Shown here piece after piece: positions 55,006 to 64,000 of a stretch of DNA of 64,000 bases (positions within the stretch are counted from its first letter, which is position 1; each line of letters opens with the position of its first letter). The notes below the pieces were generated by a model. That model was not told the origin of the DNA. It made no database searches and saw only the letters and a list, made by a program, of their open reading frames with translations. This DNA comes from Deltaproteobacteria bacterium. GTDB taxonomy: Bacteria; Desulfobacterota; DSM-4660; Desulfatiglandales; Desulfatiglandaceae. A program made the translations under genes and the position numbers. The stretch is taken from contig JAFDIS010000003.1 of NCBI GenBank assembly GCA_019307945.1, positions 19,357 to 83,356 on the forward strand, written 5' to 3'.

Positions 55006-56784
55006 ATGGCCCGACCCAGGACCACGATACGCGGCGCCGAGTTGTACGGCCGCCTGCAGACCCTCATGTTCCTGAGGGTCCTCTTCGTCTCATTGCTGTT
55101 AGGGGCCTCCGTCGTCATCCAGATCCGCGAGACACGGACCTATTTCGGACAAATCCAGACACTCCACTTCCTGCTCCTGGCTGCGGTGTACGCCCTCACC
55201 ATCGTTTATGTACTGCTCCTGAAGCGGGCGCGGAATCTCGTGCGCATGGCCTACTGGCAACTGCTTCTCGACACCCTTTTCATAACCCTGGTGATCTACG
55301 CAACGGGCGGCATCGACAGCATCTTTTCTTTTCTCTACATCCTCGTGATCATCACGGCCTGCATCATCCTCTATCGCAGAGGAGGGCTGGTGACGGCATC
55401 GAGCAGCAGCATCCTTTACGGAGTCATGCTTGACCTTCACTATTACGGCATCATCCGTCCGGTGGGACGCCTCGGCCTCGTTCCGGAAGATTACCAGAGT
55501 TCTCATGTCTTTTTCTTGATCCTGGTGAACATGGCCGCCTTTTACCTTGTGGCTTTCCTGGGAAGTTATCTGTCCGAACAGAACCGCAAGAGCCGGGCGG
55601 CCCTGAAAGAAAAACAGATCGACATCGACCAGCTCGAAACCATCAACGAAAGCATTGTCAACAGTATAAATTCGGGGCTGGTGGCCGTGGACGGCGAGGG
55701 CGGGATAATACTCTTCAACCCTGCGGCCCAAGACATCCTGGGGATAAATGCCGCGATGGCAATCGGGCGAAAAGTGGAGGACGTTCTCCCCTTCCTTGAA
55801 CCCTACGGGAAGAAGGGGGAGGCTGCGGATCCGGGATTCCCCAAGAAGGCCACTCCTTTCGAGGACATCCTCCTCGACAAAGACGGCAAGAGGGTCAATC
55901 TCCGTTTTTCCATGAGTCCGCTCCGCCTGAGGCGGACCCGGCAGGAAGGCTTTCTCCTGGTCTTTCAGGACATGACGGAGATCGTTCGGATCGAAGAAGA
56001 AATGAAAAAGGTGGAGGACCTGGCCCTGATCGGCGAACTGGCTGCAGGTATAGCTCACGAGATCCGAAACCCCCTGGCCTCCATCAGCGGATCAATTGAA
56101 ATGCTGATGCAGAGCCGGGAAGAGGACAATGTGAACCGACGACTGATGGATATCGTCCTGCGTGAAATAACACGACTCAATCATCTCGTGGATGACTTTC
56201 TGCTCTTCGCAAGGCCGAAAAAGACCAAGATCGAACGATTCGATCTGAACAAGCTGATCCTCGAATCCCAGGAGTTATTCGAGAAAAGCCGACATTGGAA
56301 ACACCATGTCAAGCATGTCAAGATGGAAAACCGATTTCACGAACCGATTCATGTGGAATCGGATCCCGAGCAGATCAAGCAGATCCTCTGGAACCTGTTC
56401 CTGAATGCGTGTGACGCCATGCCGGAGGGCGGTACCCTTTTCGTGGAGACTCACCTTGAAGATTCGGCCGACACCGCAACGGGACTTGAACCGGGGGTGC
56501 GGATCGTGGTACGGGACACGGGACACGGTTTCGACCCCCAGGACCTGGCCAAAATCTTCACACCCTTCTTCACCACGAAAGAGAAGGGCTCCGGTCTCGG
56601 ACTGGCCATCGTCAAGCGACTCGTGGAAGGTCTAGAAGGCACCATCTGCGGGAGAAACCACCAGAGCGGATCGGCTGAAATCGTTATCACTCTGCCCATG
56701 CGGCCCAAAGAGACTCGCCTCGGAAGGGAAGGCCCCGGGCCGTACGTGAGGCGGCCCGACTCCCCTGAGCCCCTGGAGACTTAA
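55006..56784 (+). CDS. pilS: PilS-like sensor histidine kinase (multi-TM, PAS, HisKA and HATPase domains)
   Basis: About six N-terminal TM helices, a PAS-like region, the H-box HEIRNPL, DTGHGF and GSGLGL. The start is TTG 54988 or ATG 55006. The pilS name rests on position after pilC and on architecture. Confidence 0.7.
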   Translation: MARPRTTIRGAELYGRLQTLMFLRVLFVSLLLGASVVIQIRETRTYFGQIQTLHFLLLAAVYALTIVYVLLLKRARNLVRMAYWQLLLDTLFITLVIYATGGIDSIFSFLYILVIITACIILYRRGGLVTASSSSILYGVMLDLHYYGIIRPVGRLGLVPEDYQSSHVFFLILVNMAAFYLVAFLGSYLSEQNRKSRAALKEKQIDIDQLETINESIVNSINSGLVAVDGEGGIILFNPAAQDILGINAAMAIGRKVEDVLPFLEPYGKKGEAADPGFPKKATPFEDILLDKDGKRVNLRFSMSPLRLRRTRQEGFLLVFQDMTEIVRIEEEMKKVEDLALIGELAAGIAHEIRNPLASISGSIEMLMQSREEDNVNRRLMDIVLREITRLNHLVDDFLLFARPKKTKIERFDLNKLILESQELFEKSRHWKHHVKHVKMENRFHEPIHVESDPEQIKQILWNLFLNACDAMPEGGTLFVETHLEDSADTATGLEPGVRIVVRDTGHGFDPQDLAKIFTPFFTTKEKGSGLGLAIVKRLVEGLEGTICGRNHQSGSAEIVITLPMRPKETRLGREGPGPYVRRPDSPEPLET

Positions 56785-56790
56785 AAGCGG

Positions 56791-59301
56791 ATGACGCTTC
56801 ATGAACAGAGCTGGTTCTCGCGCATCAGGCGCCCGAGCCGTTACATCGGCGGTGAAGTCAACGCGGTGAAGAAGGACCCGGCCTCGGTGGATGTCTCCAT
56901 CGCCCTGGTCTTCCCGGATGTCTACGAAGTAGGCATGTCCCACCACGGCCTCAAGATCCTCTACCATCTGCTCAACAATTTCGACTGGATCGCGGCGGAG
57001 AGGGCCTTTGCCCCCTGGGAGGACCTGGAGTCGGAAATGCGAGCGCGGGACATTCCGATTTGTACCCTCGAATCGGGCAGGGCCCTTTCCCAGTTCGACG
57101 TTGTGGGATTCAGCCTCCAGCATGAACTCTCTTACACCAACGTACTGAACCTCCTGGACCTGGGAGGAATTCCATTGCTCTCGGAGGAAAGGCAGTCAGA
57201 TTTTCCTCTGGTCATCGCGGGGGGGCCGGCATGTTTCAACCCGGAGCCGGTGGCCGACATCTTCGACATCATCCTCGTGGGAGACGGCGAGGAGGCGACG
57301 GCGCAAATCGCCAAGACGGTGCGGGAGGCAAAGCGGGAGGTCGTCCGTGATAAGAGGGAACTCCTCTTGCGTCTCAGCCGCATCCGCGGCGTCTATGTCC
57401 CTTCATTCTTCAGACCCCGCTACGCCCCGGACGGAACCGTAATGGAAGTGGAACCCCTGGTGGAGGGCTATGAATCAGTGGACAAGGCCATAGTCCCCGA
57501 CATCAACCTTTATCCCTATCCCATCCGCCAGATCGTCCCCTTCACCGAAACGGTTCATGACCGGCTGGCCCTCGAAATCGCCAGGGGCTGCACCCGGGGG
57601 TGCAGGTTCTGCCAGGCGGGCATCATCTACCGTCCGGTTCGAGAACGAGATCCGGCGGCTATTCTGAGGAGTGCACGGGAGGCCCTGGCACAGACAGGCC
57701 ATGACGAGCTGTCTTTGCTCTCACTGAGTTCGGGCGATTACTCCTGCGTGGGACCCTTGCTGCGGGCCCTAATGGACGAGCTGGCCCCGGACAAGGTGGC
57801 CGTGAGTCTGCCTTCCTTGCGCGTGGACAGCCTGAAACCGGAACTCATCGACCAGATCAAGCGCGTGCGCAAGACCGGTTTCACGCTTGCGCCCGAAGCG
57901 GGCAGCGATCGCCTCAGGGGCCTGATCAACAAGAATCTGTCACGGGAAGAGATCCTCCGGATCGCCCGCACCGTGTACGATGCAGGATGGAACCTGATCA
58001 AGCTCTATTTCATGATCGGACTTCCCGAGGAAACCGGAGGCGACCTGGACGCCCTGGTGGAACTGGCCCAAGAGGTGGCGAAGCTCGCCGGGAAAAGGGG
58101 AAAAGCGGCCAAGGTCAATGCCGGCGTGGCCACTTTCGTGCCCAAGGCCCACACCCCGTTCATGTGGGTGCCACAGATTCCGGTGGAGGAAAGCCGACGC
58201 CGTCTCGACTATATCCGGGATCGACTTCACCGAAGCCGCGTACGGGTGAAATGGAACCAGCCCGAGTTGAGCCGGCTGGAAGGGATCTTCGCCAGGGGAG
58301 ACAGGCGTTTGACGCGGGCCCTCTTGACGGCCTGGCGCATGGGCGCCAGATTCGATGCATGGGGAGACAGATTCAGGCCCGAAATCTGGGACAAGGCCTT
58401 TGAAGATACCGGAATCGATCCTTCGTTCTATCTTCACAGAGAGAGATCAGCCGAGGAAGTCTTTCCCTGGGATCATATCCGGACCGGCGTTACGAAACGG
58501 TATCTCCGGCTGGAGTATGAACGTGCGCTGGAGGGTCGAAAGACCCCCGATTGCAGGACCCACTGCCACGAGTGCGGCGTGTGCGATCACAGGGAGGTGG
58601 ACCCGCTCCTTGCCTCCGACGTCCTGCCCGCCATGTCGGACCCGGGCCCGCACAAGAAGAGGTCCCCTCGTGCCGTCACCCGCCTGAGACTGACCCTGAC
58701 CAAGGTGGGAGTATGTCGTCATCTGAGTCACCTGGAATTTTCCAGGGCCTTCATCCGTGCCCTGCGTCGGGCGGGCCTCAAATGCGCCTATTCGGCAGGC
58801 TTTCATCCGCTGCCCAAGGTCTCTTTTGCCACGGCACTGCCTGTGGGAACGGAAAGCCTGCACGAAACCGTCGATATCCGGCTCTTTGATCCTCCCCATC
58901 CCGCGGTGCTCCAGGAAAGACTGAACCGGCACCTGCCCGAGGGAATGCGTGTTACTCTGGTGGAAACACTTCCCGTTACGGAGAAAAGGCCTAAACTCGT
59001 AGAGAGCCGCTATCTGGTCAGTATGCAAGGATCCCATCTGTCCGAAGAAATGGCGGAGGCCTTCCGGAGGGCCCAAACGTTTCCCCTGGTGAAATCAGGT
59101 CGAAAGGAAGACCGGGTGCTGGACGCAAGAGCCCAGGTCAAACACCTCAGGATCACGGGACCGGGAGAAGTGGAGATAACCTTGATTCACGGAAACGGGG
59201 CTGAGCTCAAACCGGCTGAGATCGTCGTCGGGATCTTCGGTCTGAAACAAGAAGAGGCCCAAACCATGAGAATCCTCAAGACCGGTCAAGGATTGGGCTG
59301 A
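56791..59301 (+). CDS. Radical SAM protein (B12-binding-like N-domain plus CxxxCxxC core) fused to a DUF2344-type C-terminal domain; function unknown
   Basis: 836 aa with ARGCTRGCRFCQAG. The C-terminal roughly 220 aa (RLRLTLTKVGVCRHLSHLEFSRAFIRALRRAG...) resemble the radical-SAM-linked DUF2344 family as I recall it. Confidence 0.7.
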   Translation: MTLHEQSWFSRIRRPSRYIGGEVNAVKKDPASVDVSIALVFPDVYEVGMSHHGLKILYHLLNNFDWIAAERAFAPWEDLESEMRARDIPICTLESGRALSQFDVVGFSLQHELSYTNVLNLLDLGGIPLLSEERQSDFPLVIAGGPACFNPEPVADIFDIILVGDGEEATAQIAKTVREAKREVVRDKRELLLRLSRIRGVYVPSFFRPRYAPDGTVMEVEPLVEGYESVDKAIVPDINLYPYPIRQIVPFTETVHDRLALEIARGCTRGCRFCQAGIIYRPVRERDPAAILRSAREALAQTGHDELSLLSLSSGDYSCVGPLLRALMDELAPDKVAVSLPSLRVDSLKPELIDQIKRVRKTGFTLAPEAGSDRLRGLINKNLSREEILRIARTVYDAGWNLIKLYFMIGLPEETGGDLDALVELAQEVAKLAGKRGKAAKVNAGVATFVPKAHTPFMWVPQIPVEESRRRLDYIRDRLHRSRVRVKWNQPELSRLEGIFARGDRRLTRALLTAWRMGARFDAWGDRFRPEIWDKAFEDTGIDPSFYLHRERSAEEVFPWDHIRTGVTKRYLRLEYERALEGRKTPDCRTHCHECGVCDHREVDPLLASDVLPAMSDPGPHKKRSPRAVTRLRLTLTKVGVCRHLSHLEFSRAFIRALRRAGLKCAYSAGFHPLPKVSFATALPVGTESLHETVDIRLFDPPHPAVLQERLNRHLPEGMRVTLVETLPVTEKRPKLVESRYLVSMQGSHLSEEMAEAFRRAQTFPLVKSGRKEDRVLDARAQVKHLRITGPGEVEITLIHGNGAELKPAEIVVGIFGLKQEEAQTMRILKTGQGLG

Positions 59302-59423
59302 ATCGAACACGGCGGGCCGCCCCGGGGAATCAACGACAAGATATTCTGGCGCGCGGCGGGGGAACCTCTCGGGCCGGGCAGCGGCTGATCTGAGGAATAT
59401 CCCTCGTTGCTGGAGAACAGGTG

Positions 59424-60956
59424 ATGACCAGTGAATTGATCATCAACACAAGACCCCATGAGACCCGGGTTGCGCTGGTGGAAAACGGCATGGTGGTGGA
59501 ACTTTACGTGGAAAGGGAGACCGGGCATGAATTGATGGGCAACATCTACCGGGGCCGGGTGGTGCGGGTGCTTCCGGGGATGCAGGCCGCTTTCGTGGAT
59601 ATCGGTCTGGAAAGGACCGCCTTTCTCTATGTGTCGGACGTCCACCGGGGCGTTCTGACAATGGACGGAGGTCTTTTTCCTGAAGAAGACTCTCCCGATA
59701 GAAATGAACAGGAGCAGTCCCCCGCCCAGATGCATCACATGCGCCCCGTGGAAGACGCTCACATCGAGGACCTCCTAAAGGAAGGGCAGCATCTAATGGT
59801 CCAGGTCGCCAAGGAGCCCCTGGGGACCAAAGGCGCCCGGGTCACATCTCATATCTCGCTGGCCGGCAGGCGCCTGGTGCTGATGCCTACGGTGAACCAT
59901 ATCGGCGTCTCCCGCAAGATAGAAGACCGGGAAGAAAGGGAACGCCTCCGCAGCCTCATCGACGACATACGGCCCCCCGGATGCGGCTTCATCGCCCGGA
60001 CCGTGAGCGAAGGCAACTCCAAGCGCAAACTGAAATCCGAAATGGACTTCCTCCTCAAGCTCTGGAACAACATCCAGGAAAAAATGGAAAGGCTCTCGGG
60101 GCCCGGTCTGCTCTACCGGGACCTCACCGTGTCCCTTCGGGCCGTCAGAGACCTGTTCACGCGCGAGGTGGATCGCCTGGTGATCGATTCAGCCGATGAA
60201 TACGATCGTATCATGGACTTCATCAATACCTTCGCACCCCGACTTCGCTATTCGGTGCAACTCTATGAAGGCAATGAGCCCATCTTCGACGCCTACGGGA
60301 TCGAAATGGAGATCTCCAGGGGACTCGGCAACAACATCTGGCTCAAGTCGGGGGGCTACATCGTCATCGAAATGACCGAGGCCCTTACGGCCATCGACGT
60401 GAACACGGGAAGTTATGTGGGAAAGAGAAATCTCGAGGAGACCATCCTGAAAACCAACCTGGAGGCGGTGAAGGAGATCGCATACCAGCTTAGGTTCCGG
60501 AACATCGGCGGACTAATCGTGATCGATTTCATCGACATGGAAAGCAAAGAAAACCGGGAACGCGTCTTTACGGCACTCAAAGAAGCCATGAGCAGGGACA
60601 GGGCCAAGACCAACATCCTCCCCATGTCCGACCTGGGGCTGATCGAAATGACCCGGAAGAGGACTCGCGAAAACCTGGTCCGTTTTCTTACGGAACCCTG
60701 TTTCTATTGCGAGGGCAAAGGTCTGCTGAAATCGAAAAAGACCGTGTGTTACGAGATCTTCCGGGACCTGGAAAGGGTGAAGGTCAATTCCGATACGGAA
60801 GAAGTGGTCTACGTGATGGTCAACCCGGACATAGATCAAGTGCTGCGCGAGGAGGAGCAGGAATCGGTGATGGACCTGGAGAAGCGCATCCACAGACGAA
60901 TCATCGTGATCCCCAAGGACAACTTTCATCTTGAACAATACGAAATCAGTATATAG
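59424..60956 (+). CDS. rng: Rne/Rng-family ribonuclease (RNase G-like)
   Basis: S1 domain (GNIYRGRVVRVLPGMQAAFVDIG), GGYIVIEMTEALTAIDVNTG, and GGLIVIDFIDM. ATG at 59424 follows the GTG at 59421. Confidence 0.88.
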   Translation: MTSELIINTRPHETRVALVENGMVVELYVERETGHELMGNIYRGRVVRVLPGMQAAFVDIGLERTAFLYVSDVHRGVLTMDGGLFPEEDSPDRNEQEQSPAQMHHMRPVEDAHIEDLLKEGQHLMVQVAKEPLGTKGARVTSHISLAGRRLVLMPTVNHIGVSRKIEDREERERLRSLIDDIRPPGCGFIARTVSEGNSKRKLKSEMDFLLKLWNNIQEKMERLSGPGLLYRDLTVSLRAVRDLFTREVDRLVIDSADEYDRIMDFINTFAPRLRYSVQLYEGNEPIFDAYGIEMEISRGLGNNIWLKSGGYIVIEMTEALTAIDVNTGSYVGKRNLEETILKTNLEAVKEIAYQLRFRNIGGLIVIDFIDMESKENRERVFTALKEAMSRDRAKTNILPMSDLGLIEMTRKRTRENLVRFLTEPCFYCEGKGLLKSKKTVCYEIFRDLERVKVNSDTEEVVYVMVNPDIDQVLREEEQESVMDLEKRIHRRIIVIPKDNFHLEQYEISI

Positions 60957-61033
60957 GGGCCTCAGGGCCGGAATTGGAGCGGAGGAGGGCTTTCCCGCAG
61001 CTATTTATCGACTTCTTTTAAGAGGTTTTTTCT

Positions 61034-61061
61034 TTGCCGTTTCGGTAGCCCCTGGTATAGT
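61034..61061 (+). promoter_or_regulatory. Promoter-like TTGCCG-N16-TATAGT with an extended -10 (TGGTATAGT)
   Basis: TTGCCG at 61034-61039; TGG+TATAGT at 61053-61061, about 40 nt upstream of the kinase ATG. Confidence 0.35.
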
Positions 61062-61101
61062 TTATCTCTGTTGACCGACAGTTCCTGAAAACGGGACGGA
61101 A

Positions 61102-63597
61102 ATGATTCCACCGCTGGATCGAAAATCGATGATTCCCAACCTTTTGTTGGGCGCCCTGGCCGTTGTCGCCTTTCTAGGTCTCCGGCATGATCCACCTTTT
61201 CCGTTGGACGTCATGGAAGGGGCCGTCCTGGACCTCTGCGACAGGATGAGCACTGCGCGTACGGCGGGCCGAACCCGTGTGGTGATAGTGGACCTGGATG
61301 AGGGGTCTCGGCTGGGGCCCGAATCGCTTCGCTCCTCCCTGGAGGCCCTCGGCGAGTCGGGAGTACGGGTCATCGGGCTGGACACCTCCGTTCAAGACAA
61401 GGATCTTCGCACCTTCCCCGATGAAATCAGAGCATTTCGATCGACCCTCCGCCGATGGTCCGAAAATCACAGGGGGGAAAAGGCCGGGACCGGCGGCGTC
61501 CTGAACCAACTTGCTCGTATCGAAAAGGACCTTCGGTCTTCATCCGGAATCGAATCGCGATTTGAACACCCGCCCCCTATCGTTCAATCCGTTCACTGGT
61601 TCCCCCAGCCGAGACGGGCACGGAGAAACGGTCGCACCCCGGAACCGAATCAGCTCGTGCCCGGGCCCCCTGATCCGGCCTGGTCCGGGACATGGCGTGC
61701 GGGCAGGATTCAGGCGCAGGTACTCTTCCCTGCAAGCGGAGCCCTTGCAATGGGGCATGATCGGCTCGTTTCACGCAACGTTCCGCGTGGGCGATCGCAC
61801 CCCCTGCTCCTCCCCTGCGACGGGGGCCTTCTCCCCTCCTTTCCCCTCCGCATGGCCATGACCTTTTATCGGGTCTCCCCAGCCTCGGTGGAGGTTCGGG
61901 AAAGGGAACTTGTGGTGGGCGATCGGGTCATACCCCATCGAAGCGCTGAGATGATCCTGCCTCTCGGCGTACAGCCGGGAGACCTGCCTCGCTTTTCCCT
62001 CCTGCAAATCCTGGAGAATCCATCGAAACGGCGGGAGTTGAATGGAAAGGCGGTGCTGGTCGCGAGACTTGGGACACCCCAAGCGACGACTTTTTCCTCC
62101 CCACAGGTCCAGGGTCCCTTATTGACGGCGGCCATCCTCGATGCCCTGCTGGAAGGCCGGTTCCTCCATAGGCCGCCCTACCTGCCCTGGGTGGAATTGG
62201 GAGCACTGTTGCTCTTCATGACGTTACTGGTTTTTTTTGCCAGGCGCTTCGGTGAACTGTGGTCCCTCTTTCTCTTCGGCGGGGTGATTATCATCATCGC
62301 CGTGGGGACCCTTGTGCTGCATGCGACCGCCGGCCTCTGGGTCCGCGTTTTGTGCCTCTTTTGCGGGGTGACGATTTTCTATTTGCTTATGTCCTTCAAA
62401 AGGTTATTGTTCATGGACACGGCCCTTCGGCGCTCCGGGGACGCCAGGCGGGCCCTGGGACTCAATTTCGAGCGTCAGGGGCTGCTCGATCTGGCATTCG
62501 AGCAGTACCGCTCGTGCCCGCCCGACCGGGAGACCCTGCAACGGATATACCATCTCGGCAAGGAATACGAGCGGCGGGGCAAGCGGTCGCGTGCACTGGA
62601 AGCCTTCGAGTATGTCCGCGCAAGCGGCGGGCTTGAGGAGGCGGAAAAAATCAAGTCCACCCCGATTCCCGCCGGAGAAAGGCTCATGCAGCCGGAGGCA
62701 GGCGACGCCCCCCCACGGGCGGAGGCCTCCGCCGATCGAAGGACCGTGGGGCGATACCGGATAGTGGGTCGTCTCGGAAAAGGCACCATGGGCCTGGTCT
62801 ACAAAGGCCTGGACCCCAAATTAAACCGCCCCGTCGCCATCAAGACGATCCGTTTCTCCGACGAATTCGACCCGGAACAGGTCCAGGAGATCAAGGAGCG
62901 CTTCCTGCGGGAAGCGGAGATCGCCGGCCGCCTGTCGCACCCTGCTATCGTGACCATTCATGATGTGGGGGAAGACCGGGACCTGACGTATATGGCCATG
63001 GAGTACCTGGAAGGCAAGGATCTGTCCCACTATGCCGTCAAGGGACGTCTGTTGCCATTGCAGGCGGTGGTGGACGTGGTGGCGCGAGTGGCCGAGGCCG
63101 TTGATTACGCCCATAGCCAGGAAGTCATTCATCGGGACATAAAGCCCGCCAACATCATGCTGTTGAAAAACGGCGATGTGAAGGTAACTGATTTCGGAAT
63201 CGCCAAGGCCATTTCATCCTCCAGGACCAAGACAGGTGTAATCCTCGGGACTCCGAATTATATGTCCCCCGAGCAGATAATGGGGCACAGGGTGGACGCC
63301 CGAACGGACATCTTCTCATTGGGCGTCCTTTTGTTCCAACTGCTCACAGGTCGACTCCCTTTCCATGGAGAGAACTTGAGCAAGCTCCTGTATGCGATTA
63401 CGCAGGAAAAGCATCCTTCCGTGAAGGCTTTGAATCCGGAGGTGCCCAGGGCATGTGAGCAGATCATTGACAAGGCCCTTGCGAAACGACCATCGGATCG
63501 ATTCGAGTCGGCCGGAGCCATGGCGCATTATCTGAGGATCCTTCACGACAAAATAGAGGAAGCCATGAGGGATCGCGAGGGACGGGGCGCAGCCTGA
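61102..63597 (+). CDS. Membrane Ser/Thr protein kinase with an N-terminal CHASE2-like sensor region, TM bundle and TPR-like linker
   Basis: 831 aa. The C-terminal Hanks kinase has GKGTMGLVYKG, AIK, HRDIKPANIML, DFGIAK and GTPNYMSPEQ. The middle has 3-4 TM helices. The N-terminal roughly 350 aa are extracytoplasmic; the CHASE2 call is tentative. Confidence 0.8.
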   Translation: MIPPLDRKSMIPNLLLGALAVVAFLGLRHDPPFPLDVMEGAVLDLCDRMSTARTAGRTRVVIVDLDEGSRLGPESLRSSLEALGESGVRVIGLDTSVQDKDLRTFPDEIRAFRSTLRRWSENHRGEKAGTGGVLNQLARIEKDLRSSSGIESRFEHPPPIVQSVHWFPQPRRARRNGRTPEPNQLVPGPPDPAWSGTWRAGRIQAQVLFPASGALAMGHDRLVSRNVPRGRSHPLLLPCDGGLLPSFPLRMAMTFYRVSPASVEVRERELVVGDRVIPHRSAEMILPLGVQPGDLPRFSLLQILENPSKRRELNGKAVLVARLGTPQATTFSSPQVQGPLLTAAILDALLEGRFLHRPPYLPWVELGALLLFMTLLVFFARRFGELWSLFLFGGVIIIIAVGTLVLHATAGLWVRVLCLFCGVTIFYLLMSFKRLLFMDTALRRSGDARRALGLNFERQGLLDLAFEQYRSCPPDRETLQRIYHLGKEYERRGKRSRALEAFEYVRASGGLEEAEKIKSTPIPAGERLMQPEAGDAPPRAEASADRRTVGRYRIVGRLGKGTMGLVYKGLDPKLNRPVAIKTIRFSDEFDPEQVQEIKERFLREAEIAGRLSHPAIVTIHDVGEDRDLTYMAMEYLEGKDLSHYAVKGRLLPLQAVVDVVARVAEAVDYAHSQEVIHRDIKPANIMLLKNGDVKVTDFGIAKAISSSRTKTGVILGTPNYMSPEQIMGHRVDARTDIFSLGVLLFQLLTGRLPFHGENLSKLLYAITQEKHPSVKALNPEVPRACEQIIDKALAKRPSDRFESAGAMAHYLRILHDKIEEAMRDREGRGAA

Positions 63598-63637
63598 CGC
63601 AAGCCGCCTTTCCGGCCTTCCCCCGGACGGAGGTACC

Positions 63638-64000
63638 TTGAACAGAATATCATCGGGCATTACGGACGTGGGGCTCAAGAGAGAAGGTAACGAGGACGCT
63701 TTCTCCGCAGATGACGAGCTGGGGCTTTACGTGGTGGCCGACGGCATGGGCGGCCACCTGGCCGGGGAAGTAGCCAGCCGTGTGGCCGTGGATCTCCTCG
63801 GCAAGACCTACCGCGCATGGAAGGACGCCGAGCCGGGTCACGATCATCTCTTCGGCCGCGTGGATCATTCCCTCTCCACGGAAGGTAACTATATCCTCAG
63901 CGGGATCCGCCTGGCCAACCGGGTGATCTACGAGATGGCCAGATCCAAGGAGGAGTACGAGGGAATGGGCACCACGGTGGCGGCCCTGGCCGTCAGCGAG
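63638..64000 (+). CDS. PP2C-family Ser/Thr phosphatase, N-terminal part (runs off the window end)
   Basis: TTG at 63638 with a GGAGG RBS. Contains DVGLKREGNEDAF, VVADGMGGHLAGEVAS and GMGTTVAAL. Confidence 0.8.
   Translation, partial: MNRISSGITDVGLKREGNEDAFSADDELGLYVVADGMGGHLAGEVASRVAVDLLGKTYRAWKDAEPGHDHLFGRVDHSLSTEGNYILSGIRLANRVIYEMARSKEEYEGMGTTVAALAVSE

Noticed and set aside
1-64000. Scan for rRNA, tRNA, tmRNA, RNase P RNA, SRP RNA, CRISPR arrays, transposases, integrases, phage genes and classic toxin-antitoxin or defence cassettes.
   Set aside because: None recognised. No T-loop/acceptor-like tRNA sequences in the spacers. No regularly spaced direct repeats. No DDE/tyrosine/serine recombinase motifs in any ORF. 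The scan was by eye only, so short or degenerate elements could have been missed.

Overview
This is a visibly GC-rich, densely coding chromosomal segment of about 60 genes, many with 1-8 nt start/stop overlaps. I recognised no rRNA, tRNA, CRISPR array, transposase or integrase. The gene content suggests an anaerobic Desulfobacterota (deltaproteobacterium-like) organism; this is an inference, not a search result.

Gene content, left to right:
- A CheD-like gene and a CheD-HDOD fusion, then nadE, an orphan receiver protein and dinB.
- An alternative (siroheme-dependent) haem operon, ahbC-hemB-ahbD-ahbA/B, preceded by an atypical ClpX paralogue.
- purL and purQ, an unannotated 46-aa basic ORF, a thiolase, recO and a LEA_2-type lipoprotein.
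- A Liv-type ABC importer operon with an embedded acyl-CoA ligase.
- A dGTPase-like HD protein.
- The conserved block rpsB-tsf-pyrH-frr-uppS-cdsA-dxr-rseP-tsaB-psd-pssA-rsmD-coaD-ihfA.
- rlpA, then an RCK-type K+ channel with a separately encoded cNMP-binding protein.
- An IclR-controlled anaerobic ring-degradation locus: two acyl-CoA dehydrogenases divergent from SDR-had-oah(bamA)-dch.
- A split methylmalonyl-CoA mutase plus a biotin carrier.
- pilC and a pilS-like kinase.
- A large radical-SAM/DUF2344 fusion next to an RNase E/G-family gene.
- A CHASE2-TPR-Ser/Thr kinase with a PP2C phosphatase.

Most of the window is housekeeping. The less ordinary items are:
- the CheD pair, one fused to HDOD and one lacking Cys/His;
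- the zinc-finger-less ClpX paralogue beside the haem genes;
- a roughly 150-bp inverted-repeat-ended element present twice (26.8 kb and 35.5 kb);
- a 766-bp ORF-free stretch upstream of rpsB with a promoter-like site and a long hairpin;
- the K+ channel/CNBD gene pair;
- the radical-SAM/RNase G pair of unknown function.

All calls come from reading the translations and the sequence. No database search was run.
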